Below are positions 40,224-49,127 of a stretch of DNA of 64,000 nucleotides, in pieces (position 1 is the first letter of the stretch; each line of letters starts with the position of its first letter). The DNA comes from an uncultured Gammaproteobacteria bacterium (GTDB lineage Bacteria > Pseudomonadota > Gammaproteobacteria > SZUA-152). The DNA lies in the NCBI GenBank assembly GCA_913009875.1, contig CAJVYS010000001.1, forward strand, positions 20,578-84,577, written 5' to 3'. The notes beneath the pieces were generated by a model. That model was given only the letters and a program-made list of their open reading frames with translations, did no database searches and was not told the origin of the DNA. The translations under genes and the position numbers were made by a program.

Positions 40224-42085
40224 GCGGCCTCTCCTGCCTTTTTAGTCACCGACAATGGTGGCGCCTGTTTGGTATTACTGAGATTGGCGATCCAGAAGAT
40301 AAACAGGACAAAGAGTACAAACATGACAGTAACAATCGTCATCATATTTCCCGCATAACCAATAGTGGGGATAAAATTGTCCGGCGAGTTGTCCTTCATT
40401 ACGGTATACACATGCCAGTGGGTACGCACCGAAGAGCGCACATACCCCATCAGCGCCATCAACCAGGTAAAGGCGATGGGCAGTGCAAACAGGGCGTACT
40501 GGGAACGGTTGCTGACCTGGCCCCAGAAGGATGGCAGGGTCTTGGCCTTGCGATACATGAAGGCATCGATCACGACTCCACTGATAATGACCACCAGGGT
40601 GGACACCACCTGCGTAACACTCGCCCCGACCTTGTACACGGTGTTGGTGAAGTAACCGTAATAGACACCGGCAAAAATGATATTGACGATAGCCACGACA
40701 TAGATTGCCACCATCAGGGCATTGCCGGCCTTCTCCCACGAGACCGTGGCGACCTTGTCCGAGCGCCGGTAAATCTGGAAGGACAGAAAGGTGAAAATGA
40801 GCATCAGATTCACGGCGATGTTCTTGGCCGGCATGATCCCCAGTGGTCCCAGCAAGTGATGATGGCTACCACCCAAGGCGGCGATTTCACCCGAGGTAAG
40901 GATCAGGGTATGCGGCGTCACCCAGATCAGGAAACAGATGACCAGGACGACGGCGATATATTTGATCATCCCCTGGTAACGCTTTGATCCTTCGGTGCGT
41001 GACATGCCAGACCACAAATAGTAGTTACCCGCCATGAGGATGGTGCCGATCAATACTGCCTGAACGATAAACAACCAGGCCAGAATGCCACCCATGGCGG
41101 TAATGCCCATCTGCTGCGAATAGGCGTAGATCTCGGCCATCAGCCAATAACCGGCGAAGGGCAAGGGCAGGAAGGCGAGGATGGCGATGAAGTTGGAGGT
41201 GTAGCCCATCCAGTCATAATGCGCGCGGTCCTCGGCGGTTCGGGCGGCCAGACACTTGTAGGCCGCATAGGCTCCCACCACCGCGCCGCCGAAGGCAATG
41301 TTGGCGATAAACCGATGCAGATTGATGGGGTTCCACAACGGCCCCTTCATGACCTCCCAGATATTGCCGATGACCGCGCCGACCTCATTGACCCCCGAGG
41401 GCGCCATCATGAAGGTGGCCCAGGAGTTGGCCATCACCATCAACGTAGCGCCGACACCATTCAATAACAGACCCAGGGAAATATGTACCCACTTGGCGTT
41501 GCCATAGCGCATGGCATCCCAGCCGTAGTAATAGATGTAAAGCAATATGCTTTCCATGAAGAACAGCATGGCGTAAACCAGCATCTGTGCGCCGAAGGCC
41601 TGCATCAGATAGGCCATTAAATCGGGATAAAGCAGGAATAACGCTAACGCCAGGGTGCCACCGAACAGGGCCGTGATGGAATAGGCGGTAATGCTGATCT
41701 TCATGAACTCGTGGGCCATGTCGTCATAGCGCGCATCACCGGTGGATCGGCCCAGCAGTTCAATCACCAGCACAAAAAGCGGCACCGCCAGCACCAGGGC
41801 GCCGAAAAATAAATGCATTTGCGCGATGATCCAGACAATGGAGCGGCTACTGACGCCGACATCGGGATAATCCTCACGGCCAGGCCGGGGGGCCGGTCTC
41901 AGCTGAAATTCCTGCGCAGAATCAGCACTCTCTGCCGTGGCCACTTCCTCTGCGGCAACTTCACTCGCCACGGCCTCGGGCAACCAGTGAGTCGGCGCCA
42001 TGTCTCCTGACCATAAAAAACCCAGTACGGCGACCACCAACAGAGACAGCAGTATCGGTGACGAGAAATTTCTTGTTTCCTTCAT
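40220..42085 (-). CDS. Cytochrome bd subunit I (CydA)-like orphan membrane protein
   Basis: AQMHLFF (His19-like), ANSWATFM, NLHRFIAN (His186-like), MGYVRSSVRTHW; many TM helices; no cydB nearby. Confidence 0.82.
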   Translation of the reverse strand: MKETRNFSSPILLSLLVVAVLGFLWSGDMAPTHWLPEAVASEVAAEEVATAESADSAQEFQLRPAPRPGREDYPDVGVSSRSIVWIIAQMHLFFGALVLAVPLFVLVIELLGRSTGDARYDDMAHEFMKISITAYSITALFGGTLALALFLLYPDLMAYLMQAFGAQMLVYAMLFFMESILLYIYYYGWDAMRYGNAKWVHISLGLLLNGVGATLMVMANSWATFMMAPSGVNEVGAVIGNIWEVMKGPLWNPINLHRFIANIAFGGAVVGAYAAYKCLAARTAEDRAHYDWMGYTSNFIAILAFLPLPFAGYWLMAEIYAYSQQMGITAMGGILAWLFIVQAVLIGTILMAGNYYLWSGMSRTEGSKRYQGMIKYIAVVLVICFLIWVTPHTLILTSGEIAALGGSHHHLLGPLGIMPAKNIAVNLMLIFTFLSFQIYRRSDKVATVSWEKAGNALMVAIYVVAIVNIIFAGVYYGYFTNTVYKVGASVTQVVSTLVVIISGVVIDAFMYRKAKTLPSFWGQVSNRSQYALFALPIAFTWLMALMGYVRSSVRTHWHVYTVMKDNSPDNFIPTIGYAGNMMTIVTVMFVLFVLFIFWIANLSNTKQAPPLSVTKKAGEAA

Positions 42086-42177
42086 GCCGCTATCTCCACA
42101 ATCTTGAGTCGGGTGTTAAGTACGGCGCCTGGAGGTAGAACCCCAGCACATAGAACCAAAGTTTTCATCGTCATGAT

Positions 42178-42306
42178 TTACTGTGACGGTGTTAAATCAA
42201 GATTCAGAGGCAAGCCCTGCACATTCATGATCAAGTGATCCAATCCATAGAAAAGGATCAGCACCACGGTGAAGGCGATTAACCAGATTTGTAGATTCTT
42301 TCCCAT
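42178..42306 (-). CDS. 42-aa single-TM small protein
   Basis: MGKNLQIWLIAFTVVLILFYGLDHLIMNVQGLPLNLDLTPSQ; purine-rich leader; in operon. Confidence 0.6.
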   Translation of the reverse strand: MGKNLQIWLIAFTVVLILFYGLDHLIMNVQGLPLNLDLTPSQ

Positions 42307-42384
42307 TTGCTTCTCTTGATCTTTACGCGTGAAATATTCCGTCCGCCATAACATGGCGAACACGAATTCTGTTCTCAATCAACG

Positions 42385-42546
42385 TCAACCGTGATGTATT
42401 TCAGCACCGCCGGAATAGATTAGCAGCCACCAGAAAAACACCAGCATCAGAACCAGGATGGTCCAGAACAATTTGGGACCCCAGGTGGTGCCGTCCTGTA
42501 ACTCCGTGGCCTGGGTCTTGTCTTCTTGCTTCCCCGATGCAGTCAT
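42385..42546 (-). CDS. 53-aa single-TM small protein (not in ORF track)
   Basis: MTASGKQEDKTQATELQDGTTWGPKLFWTILVLMLVFFWWLLIYSGGAEIHHG; GGAG RBS. Confidence 0.65.
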   Translation of the reverse strand: MTASGKQEDKTQATELQDGTTWGPKLFWTILVLMLVFFWWLLIYSGGAEIHHG

Positions 42547-42656
42547 GTCGTCTCCACTCGTCGTCGCTACTTAAACCTGCCGCATTGCCGGGAAAGTCCG
42601 GAAGTCGTTATTTTCAGCAGACCCATTCGTCACAGTTGATCCATCTGCCCGAGACA

Positions 42657-42674
42657 TAGCAACATCCAGGCCAT
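42657..42674 (-). promoter_or_regulatory. Putative sigma54 promoter for the bd-like operon
   Basis: Minus strand ATGGCCTGGATGTTGCTA = GG-N10-GC with TTGC. Confidence 0.6.
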
Positions 42675-42995
42675 CTCGTCCATAGCGGTTGAAAACACAC
42701 TGATAGTGCGGCCTTGGTGTTCATTGCCCTGTCCAACAAGCCCTGGCCTGTGGGCCTGAGGCAGGCAAAAAAATGAATACAACGTTCATTTGCGAGGGAT
42801 GGCCGGAACAAAATGATGCATTGGGCACAACGAGTGATATATTGAACGAATCATTCACTGCCAACCTGGCATACCCTACGAATTAAACGTTGCGTTCAAC
42901 TCCAGGACCGATGTTCGTGTCGCAACGGCCTATAAACCAACCGAAGGCCCATACAAGACGGGAATGGAATCCGCTTTTCAGGGCTATATCAGAAC

Positions 42996-43012
42996 TTGGT
43001 ACGGCTTCTGCT
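42996..43012 (+). promoter_or_regulatory. Putative sigma54 promoter for the HEAT/USP/radical SAM operon
   Basis: TTGGTACGGCTTCTGCT, close to YTGGCACGRNNNTTGCW. Confidence 0.65.
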
Positions 43013-43128
43013 ATCCACAAGCTAACGCGATGTGAAACAGCGTCCTGAAACCGGAACACATGCACTTTCTATCTTCATGGGATATCAACGTGACCAGTAT
43101 TCAAAAACCAACGGATTCAAAACGAGAT

Positions 43129-45597
43129 ATGGCTGACAAACAAGACGCAGTGCAAGCCCTCCGCAGGCTGCTCAGCAAGGGCGATGAACTGGATCGTTGT
43201 TGCGCCTGCCGCTCCCTCGGCGTACTGGGGAGCCGTGATGCCGTACAGGCACTGGTCAAACATCTGCGCGATGACGATATCGATGTGTGTATCGATGCCG
43301 CTGAATCCCTGGGACTGCTGGATGATCCGACCGCCGTCGCACCCTTGATCGAATCCTTGCACAATGACTCCGATGGTGAAATCAGGGTCTCCGTCGTCGA
43401 GGCACTGGGACGCCTGGGTGGAGAACAGGCCACGTCAGCGCTGCTGTCACTGCTGACATCCGTGCCGGAAGATACCGACTGGGACGATGATGATGCCTGG
43501 GACAGCAACTGGGACGTCCAGCGCAAGGCCGTGCAGGCATTGGGTTACCTGCATGTCGCCGAGGCCGTTGCCCCCCTCACCACGCTGCTGGACGAAGAAG
43601 ACGCCCTGGTCGACGAAACCGACGTCCTGCTGGCCCTGGCGCGGATTGGTGATGCCGGTGAAGACATCGTCATCCAACGCCTGCAGAACGGCACGACACG
43701 TGAACGCCGGCGTGCGGCCCATGCCTTGGGCCAACCCTGCTCCCCCACCGGCGCCCGTGCCCTGGGTCGCGCCTTGCGAGATCCGGAACCGGAAGTCCGC
43801 GCCGTCGCCGCCGAAGCGCTCGCCAATAATGGCCAGGGCCGCTACCTGGGCGCCCTGCTCCTGCTGTTGCGTGATCCCGCCGACGAAGTGCGCGAAATCG
43901 CCCTGAAGATGGCCAGCAAGCTCAGTTCACAGGTCAATGCCGAACTCGATGTACAACAGCTGTTGCCCCTGTTGGGCGATCCCAGTGCCAGGGTGCGCGC
44001 CGCCGCGCTGCACGCCTTGCAGGGACACTTGCCCGACCCGCTTGATGCCGAAACCCGGGCACGCCTGGTCGGCTTGCTGAGCGATTCCGAGCCCATGGTT
44101 GCCACCGCCGCCCTCCCTCACGCTCCCCGTCTGGAGGATCCGGACGTCGATGCTATCCTGCTCGGTCTGCTGGCCGATGAACAACGGGATCCCGCCGTTC
44201 GACAGCAGGCCGCACTGGCCCTGGGCAATCGCCCACAAACCTCAGAGGAAGTGCTCACGGTCCTGGACAACGCGATCAATGACCATGAACCTGTGGTGCG
44301 CTGGGCGGCATTACAGGCCCTGATGGCCTGTCATAAAAAACAGCCCGATACGACCACTTCCGATGCAGCCCCCGACACAGCACTTGATACAGCTCTCGAT
44401 ACAGTTTTTGATACAGAGAAAGAGAAGCCCGCTGAAGCAGAAGACGAGCCCGCCGCCCCGCTGGCCCGCATTCTCGCCGCATTGCATGGCGAAGCGGGCA
44501 TGGTCACAACAACGCTTGCATCTGCCGAAAGCAGCAGCGGAGACGATCCAATCCCCGAGTCAACGGACGAGACTTCCGTCGACGTTTCTGACGCCCAAGA
44601 AGAAACCGATGCATCAAGCATCAATGAGACCGCACCGGCATCGACCCTCGACGCCATCATGCTGGCCAATACAGAATACGAGCAACTCGACGAAAAGAAA
44701 AAAACCATCACCACGGATGTACTGCCCGAACTGCCAGCCGAGGAAACCGAAGCCTTCCAGGACTTCTATGACATCCTCGCCCGGCAGCGGCATAACAAGA
44801 AAAAGTTCTACCGTGGCAAGAATATCGATATCGAGGCCGATATCCGCCTGCTCAGCGCCCGCGTCCTCGGCGAGTGCAGCCAGCCCGAGGTGGTCGAGGT
44901 ACTGAAAAAGACCATGCTTGAGGATAACCCCGAACTCCAGCAGGAAGCCGTTGACGCCCTCGCACGCCTGGTGCCGGGTACCCCCGGGTTGACAGAAACA
45001 CTGGGACCACTGAACAGCCTTCTGCATATGGGGGCATCCGAACTACGGGTCGCCAGCGCACGCGCACTGGGCGCCCTCGGCAACCTGCCCTGCCTGCCCA
45101 ATCTGCAGGAAAGCCTGCAGGATGAAAATCCTCTGGTACGCAGTCAATCGGTCATGGCCATAGCGCAGATACTGGAACGACACGCCGGCAAGCTGTCATG
45201 GGAACAGCACGCCGACACGCATACCGCCATCCCCGTCGCCAGCGCACGGGCACAAGAAGAGGCCGATACCATCGAACAGACATTGCACGCCCTGTCCGAA
45301 CATCTGGCCGACAGTGATGTGGGCGTCAGCAAGGCCGCCGCTCTGTCGCTGGCAAAACTAAACCCGCTTCTGCCCGGCGGCAAGACCCGTGATGACATCA
45401 TTGAGCGTCTTATTACCGCCGGCTTTGTCGGCGAGGGACGGCAAGCGCGGGAGATGGGCCAGGCCTTACGCGCCCTTGACCCCGGCATGGCCAGCGACAC
45501 ACTGATACACCACCTGGATACCTTGCCATCGAGTATGGAACGACGATTTGTGCTGGAAATGCTGGAAGAAGTCTTCCGCCCATCACAGGCCGCATAG
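43129..45597 (+). CDS. HEAT / PBS-lyase-like repeat protein
   Basis: Many D....VR..A..ALG.L repeats, acidic low-complexity middle; likely start MADKQD. Confidence 0.85.
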   Translation: MADKQDAVQALRRLLSKGDELDRCCACRSLGVLGSRDAVQALVKHLRDDDIDVCIDAAESLGLLDDPTAVAPLIESLHNDSDGEIRVSVVEALGRLGGEQATSALLSLLTSVPEDTDWDDDDAWDSNWDVQRKAVQALGYLHVAEAVAPLTTLLDEEDALVDETDVLLALARIGDAGEDIVIQRLQNGTTRERRRAAHALGQPCSPTGARALGRALRDPEPEVRAVAAEALANNGQGRYLGALLLLLRDPADEVREIALKMASKLSSQVNAELDVQQLLPLLGDPSARVRAAALHALQGHLPDPLDAETRARLVGLLSDSEPMVATAALPHAPRLEDPDVDAILLGLLADEQRDPAVRQQAALALGNRPQTSEEVLTVLDNAINDHEPVVRWAALQALMACHKKQPDTTTSDAAPDTALDTALDTVFDTEKEKPAEAEDEPAAPLARILAALHGEAGMVTTTLASAESSSGDDPIPESTDETSVDVSDAQEETDASSINETAPASTLDAIMLANTEYEQLDEKKKTITTDVLPELPAEETEAFQDFYDILARQRHNKKKFYRGKNIDIEADIRLLSARVLGECSQPEVVEVLKKTMLEDNPELQQEAVDALARLVPGTPGLTETLGPLNSLLHMGASELRVASARALGALGNLPCLPNLQESLQDENPLVRSQSVMAIAQILERHAGKLSWEQHADTHTAIPVASARAQEEADTIEQTLHALSEHLADSDVGVSKAAALSLAKLNPLLPGGKTRDDIIERLITAGFVGEGRQAREMGQALRALDPGMASDTLIHHLDTLPSSMERRFVLEMLEEVFRPSQAA

Positions 45598-45691
45598 CGA
45601 CCCGGGACAGTCAACCCTGATAACGAAAATCCTGAATAAATAGCAAACCCCTCAACAACCCTGAAACAGAGCAAGCTGAAAGGAGCCACAC

Positions 45692-46426
45692 ATGAATAAG
45701 GCACTCACGGTATTTACCCTATTTGCAGCAGCCAGTCTTCCGTTAACGGCCGCAGCCTACAAGGTCGTGGATGTTGCCAACGGCGGCACCATCACTGGAA
45801 AAGTGAATTTTTCGGGAACCGACCCGGCGCCAAAAATCTACGCCATCACCAAGGACACCGATGCCTGCGGTACCGGTGATCGTGAAATTGATTTTGTCCG
45901 CGTCACCAATGGCGCCCTCAATGACACCGTGGTCTATCTGAAAAAGGTAAAATCCGGCAAGGATTTTTCGGCCGACATCAATAACCTCGAGGTCAACCAG
46001 AAGAAATGCGGCTTCATTCCCTTCCTGTCGGTGATGAAAAACAAAGACAAATTAGCGGTGCACAACTCAGACCCGGTGCTGCACAATATCCATACCTACG
46101 AACTTATCGGTAAGGCGAGAAAGACCGTCTTCAACATCAGTCAGCCACCGGAACTCACCGTCATCAAGAAGACCGTCAAGCTCAAGCGTGGCGCTGCCAT
46201 GAAGCTGGAGTGTGATGCCCACGACTTCATGCACGGTTATGTCTTCGTGGCCAAAAACCCCTACTTTGCCGTCGTTAAAGAGGACGGCAGCTTCGTCATC
46301 GACAATGTCCCCCCCGGCAACTACAAGATTGCCGCCTGGCACGGTCTCCTGGGCGAACAAAAGGGCAAGGTCACGGTGGATGCCGGCGGCAAGACCTCCA
46401 TCGATTTCACATTCAAGGGCAGATAA
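45692..46426 (+). CDS. Secreted cupredoxin-like protein with carboxypeptidase-regulatory-like domains
   Basis: Sec signal; HNIH ... CDAHDFM fits a type-1 Cu His/Cys/His/Met set. Confidence 0.7.
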   Translation: MNKALTVFTLFAAASLPLTAAAYKVVDVANGGTITGKVNFSGTDPAPKIYAITKDTDACGTGDREIDFVRVTNGALNDTVVYLKKVKSGKDFSADINNLEVNQKKCGFIPFLSVMKNKDKLAVHNSDPVLHNIHTYELIGKARKTVFNISQPPELTVIKKTVKLKRGAAMKLECDAHDFMHGYVFVAKNPYFAVVKEDGSFVIDNVPPGNYKIAAWHGLLGEQKGKVTVDAGGKTSIDFTFKGR

Positions 46427-46546
46427 TCGCTGGGATCTCTGAATGGATCTGGGCATGACAGGCTGCATGTCCACGATCCATGCCCGCCTCCTTAAACTGC
46501 TCAAGATCAAGTAACACATTGATATTTCAAGAGGAAAATAAATCTC

Positions 46547-46678
46547 ATGGCAAGCTACCGACTTCCCTTCCTGGGCCGGCGTCAGGCCACTGGTTTTGAC
46601 TATCTGGCACTGGTCGGTTTCTCAATCAACATGGCCGTGGTCGCAGTGATTGTCGCCCACTGGCTATCAAACCCATGA
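46547..46678 (+). CDS. 43-aa single-TM small protein (not in ORF track)
   Basis: MASYRLPFLGRRQATGFDYLALVGFSINMAVVAVIVAHWLSNP; GAGGA upstream. Confidence 0.55.
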   Translation: MASYRLPFLGRRQATGFDYLALVGFSINMAVVAVIVAHWLSNP

Positions 46679-46885
46679 AAAGCACCCCTTAATTCTACCG
46701 TTTTGGCAGACATAATTTGCCCTCAAAAGCGCTTTTTCACCGCCAAAATGGATCTATGTCAAAGAAAAACAGCACGATGCGACGGAAAATGGTATCGATG
46801 AAAGTCATGAAAAACCACTGAATGACCTTCATCAAGAGCCTGTTGCACGGCCGGATTTGACATTAATTCACACAGGGCAAGATGG

Positions 46886-49123
46886 ATGAATACGATGAAT
46901 GCACAACTGCAAACCCGCGTTAAACCCAGCACAGAAGAACAAGGGCCACTGCCGCTTCCCGAGTACCACCACATTCTGCTGGCGGTGGACTCATCGGATC
47001 ACTCCAACCGCAGTCTGCAGGATGCCGTGCAACTGGCCGGCCTGTGGAACGCCGACATCACCGGCGCCCACGTCTACGCCGCCAAACTGCACGATGTGCG
47101 TTTCCGCCAAATGGAAGGTGGGCTACCCGAGCAATTCCGCGAAGAAGATGAACTGGAAAGACAGCGCGATGTGCACGATGACCTCATCACCCGCGGGCTG
47201 TCCATTATTACCGACTCTTACCTGGATCATTCCGAACGGCAATGCCAGACGGCAAACCTGACCTTCAAACGCTGCAGCCTGGAAGGCAAGAATTACCGGG
47301 AACTGGCGGCTGAAACCAATAATGGCCAATATGATTTATTGGTTCTGGGCGCACTGGGCTTGGGCGCCGTACAAGGCAGCCGCGTGGGTACCGTGTGTCT
47401 GCGTGTGGTACGTCGCAGCAATATCGACACCCTGGTCATCAAGGAGCCCGGCCGTTCCATCACTGACGGGCCGATCGTGGTGGCCGTTGATGGCTCCAGC
47501 CGGGCCTATGGTGGATTGCTGACGGCATTAGCGCTGGGGGAACAATGGCAGGTGCCGGTCAAGGTCATCGCCGCCTTCGACCCCTACTATCACTACGTTG
47601 CCTTCAATCGCATTGCCGATGTGCTCTCGGAAGAGGCTGGAAAGGTGTTTCGTTTTCAGGAGCAGGAAAAGCTTCACGAGGAAATCATCGACTCGGGTCT
47701 GGCAAAAATTTATCAGGGTCATCTGGAGATTGCCGAGAGCATCGCCCGCGACCACGGCTTCGAGCACGGCTTTGAAACCAAACTTCTGGATGGCAAACCT
47801 CACGACGCCATCGAGAAATACCTCAAAGAGGTGAACCCTTCTCTGCTGGTAATCGGCAAGCTGGGCATCCATGCCGACGCCGATCTCGACATCGGCGGCA
47901 ATACCGAAAACCTGCTCCACAACACCGGCTGCGCGCTGCTAATCAGTCAGCGGGAATTCCAGCCGCGAGTGGAAGTCATTGCCGAATCCACCACCTCCTG
48001 GACCACCCAGGCGGAAGAACGCATGGCCAGGGTACCCGAGTTTGTGCAGGGCATGGCGAAGATGGCTATTCTGCGTTATGCCCAGGAACGCGGTCATACC
48101 GTCATTACCGAAAGCATTGTCGAAGAAGCCACCGCACAGCTATGCCCCGGCCACGCCAAAGAGGCCATGGCGGATATCGTCGCCGCCCACGACGCTGGCG
48201 AGCTGGCGAGAAAACCCATCGAAGAGCTGGTCATGCGCTGGTCGGACGATGCCACGGCGCGCCTGTTGACCATCGACGATTTGCCGCTGCGCGGCAACCT
48301 CAGCATGCGGGCGGAGAAAAAGGCCCGGGTCGAGGGTGCTGAGCGAGTGGAGCTGGTACATATCGCGGCCTTCCTCGATATGCCTGAGCTGGTGAAAGAC
48401 ACCAACCCGCCTCCCGTCGAGGAAACAGTGGCAGCCGAGCCCCGGGCCGACGAGGCACTGAACTGGAACGCCGCCGCCCTTGCCCGCCTGATGCGGGTGC
48501 CCGAAGGCTTCATGCGTGATGCCTGTAAGCAACGGGTCGAAGAATACGCGCACGAAACAGGCGAAACCGACATTACCCTGTCGGTAGCCGAAGCCGGCCT
48601 GCAACGGGCGCGCGAGACGATGATGGCGCAGATGAAGGCCGAACCCGGCAGTGTCCCCGAGGCCGTCGCCAACGCCAAGCCCGGCACCTGCCCGTTCGGC
48701 CACAGCGCCACGGAAGAAACCGCCGAGGACAGCGCCACCCCCTGGAGCGAAGAGGCGAAACAGCGTCTGCAAAAGGTGCCCGAAGGCTTCATGCGCGACC
48801 TCACCCGCCAGCGCATCGAGGCCTATGCGCAGCGCAACGGGATGACGGAAATCACCCCGCAGCTGATCGCCGAGAAATACCGCGAATGGGGCGATGGCTC
48901 GGAAAAACTGCAGCGCCAGCTCGACTGGAGCGACGAGGCCCTGCAGCGCATCGAGCGTATCCCTGACTTCGTGCGCGGCATGGTGGTGAAGGAAGTGGAA
49001 CGTTGCGCCCGCGAGCAGGGCATCGACACGGTCACTCCGGCATCCCTCAGCAAGGCCATGGGCCGCTGGGAGGACATGGGCCAGTTCCATTCCGAGTCCA
49101 ACCCCGATCTCTATAAAGGCTGA
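46886..49123 (+). CDS. Tandem universal stress protein domains fused to five PCP_red-like modules
   Basis: ILLAVDSS..S and IVVAVDGSS USP starts; repeats W...A..R...VP..F.R......E..A...G. Confidence 0.8.
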   Translation: MNTMNAQLQTRVKPSTEEQGPLPLPEYHHILLAVDSSDHSNRSLQDAVQLAGLWNADITGAHVYAAKLHDVRFRQMEGGLPEQFREEDELERQRDVHDDLITRGLSIITDSYLDHSERQCQTANLTFKRCSLEGKNYRELAAETNNGQYDLLVLGALGLGAVQGSRVGTVCLRVVRRSNIDTLVIKEPGRSITDGPIVVAVDGSSRAYGGLLTALALGEQWQVPVKVIAAFDPYYHYVAFNRIADVLSEEAGKVFRFQEQEKLHEEIIDSGLAKIYQGHLEIAESIARDHGFEHGFETKLLDGKPHDAIEKYLKEVNPSLLVIGKLGIHADADLDIGGNTENLLHNTGCALLISQREFQPRVEVIAESTTSWTTQAEERMARVPEFVQGMAKMAILRYAQERGHTVITESIVEEATAQLCPGHAKEAMADIVAAHDAGELARKPIEELVMRWSDDATARLLTIDDLPLRGNLSMRAEKKARVEGAERVELVHIAAFLDMPELVKDTNPPPVEETVAAEPRADEALNWNAAALARLMRVPEGFMRDACKQRVEEYAHETGETDITLSVAEAGLQRARETMMAQMKAEPGSVPEAVANAKPGTCPFGHSATEETAEDSATPWSEEAKQRLQKVPEGFMRDLTRQRIEAYAQRNGMTEITPQLIAEKYREWGDGSEKLQRQLDWSDEALQRIERIPDFVRGMVVKEVERCAREQGIDTVTPASLSKAMGRWEDMGQFHSESNPDLYKG

Positions 49124-49127
49124 CACG

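Noticed and set aside
46519-46530. FNR-like TTGATATTTCAA
   Set aside because: Two bases too short for TTGAT-N4-ATCAA
46703-46720. Sigma54-like TGGCAGACATAATTTGC upstream of the USP gene
   Set aside because: GG to GC spacing is 12, not 10
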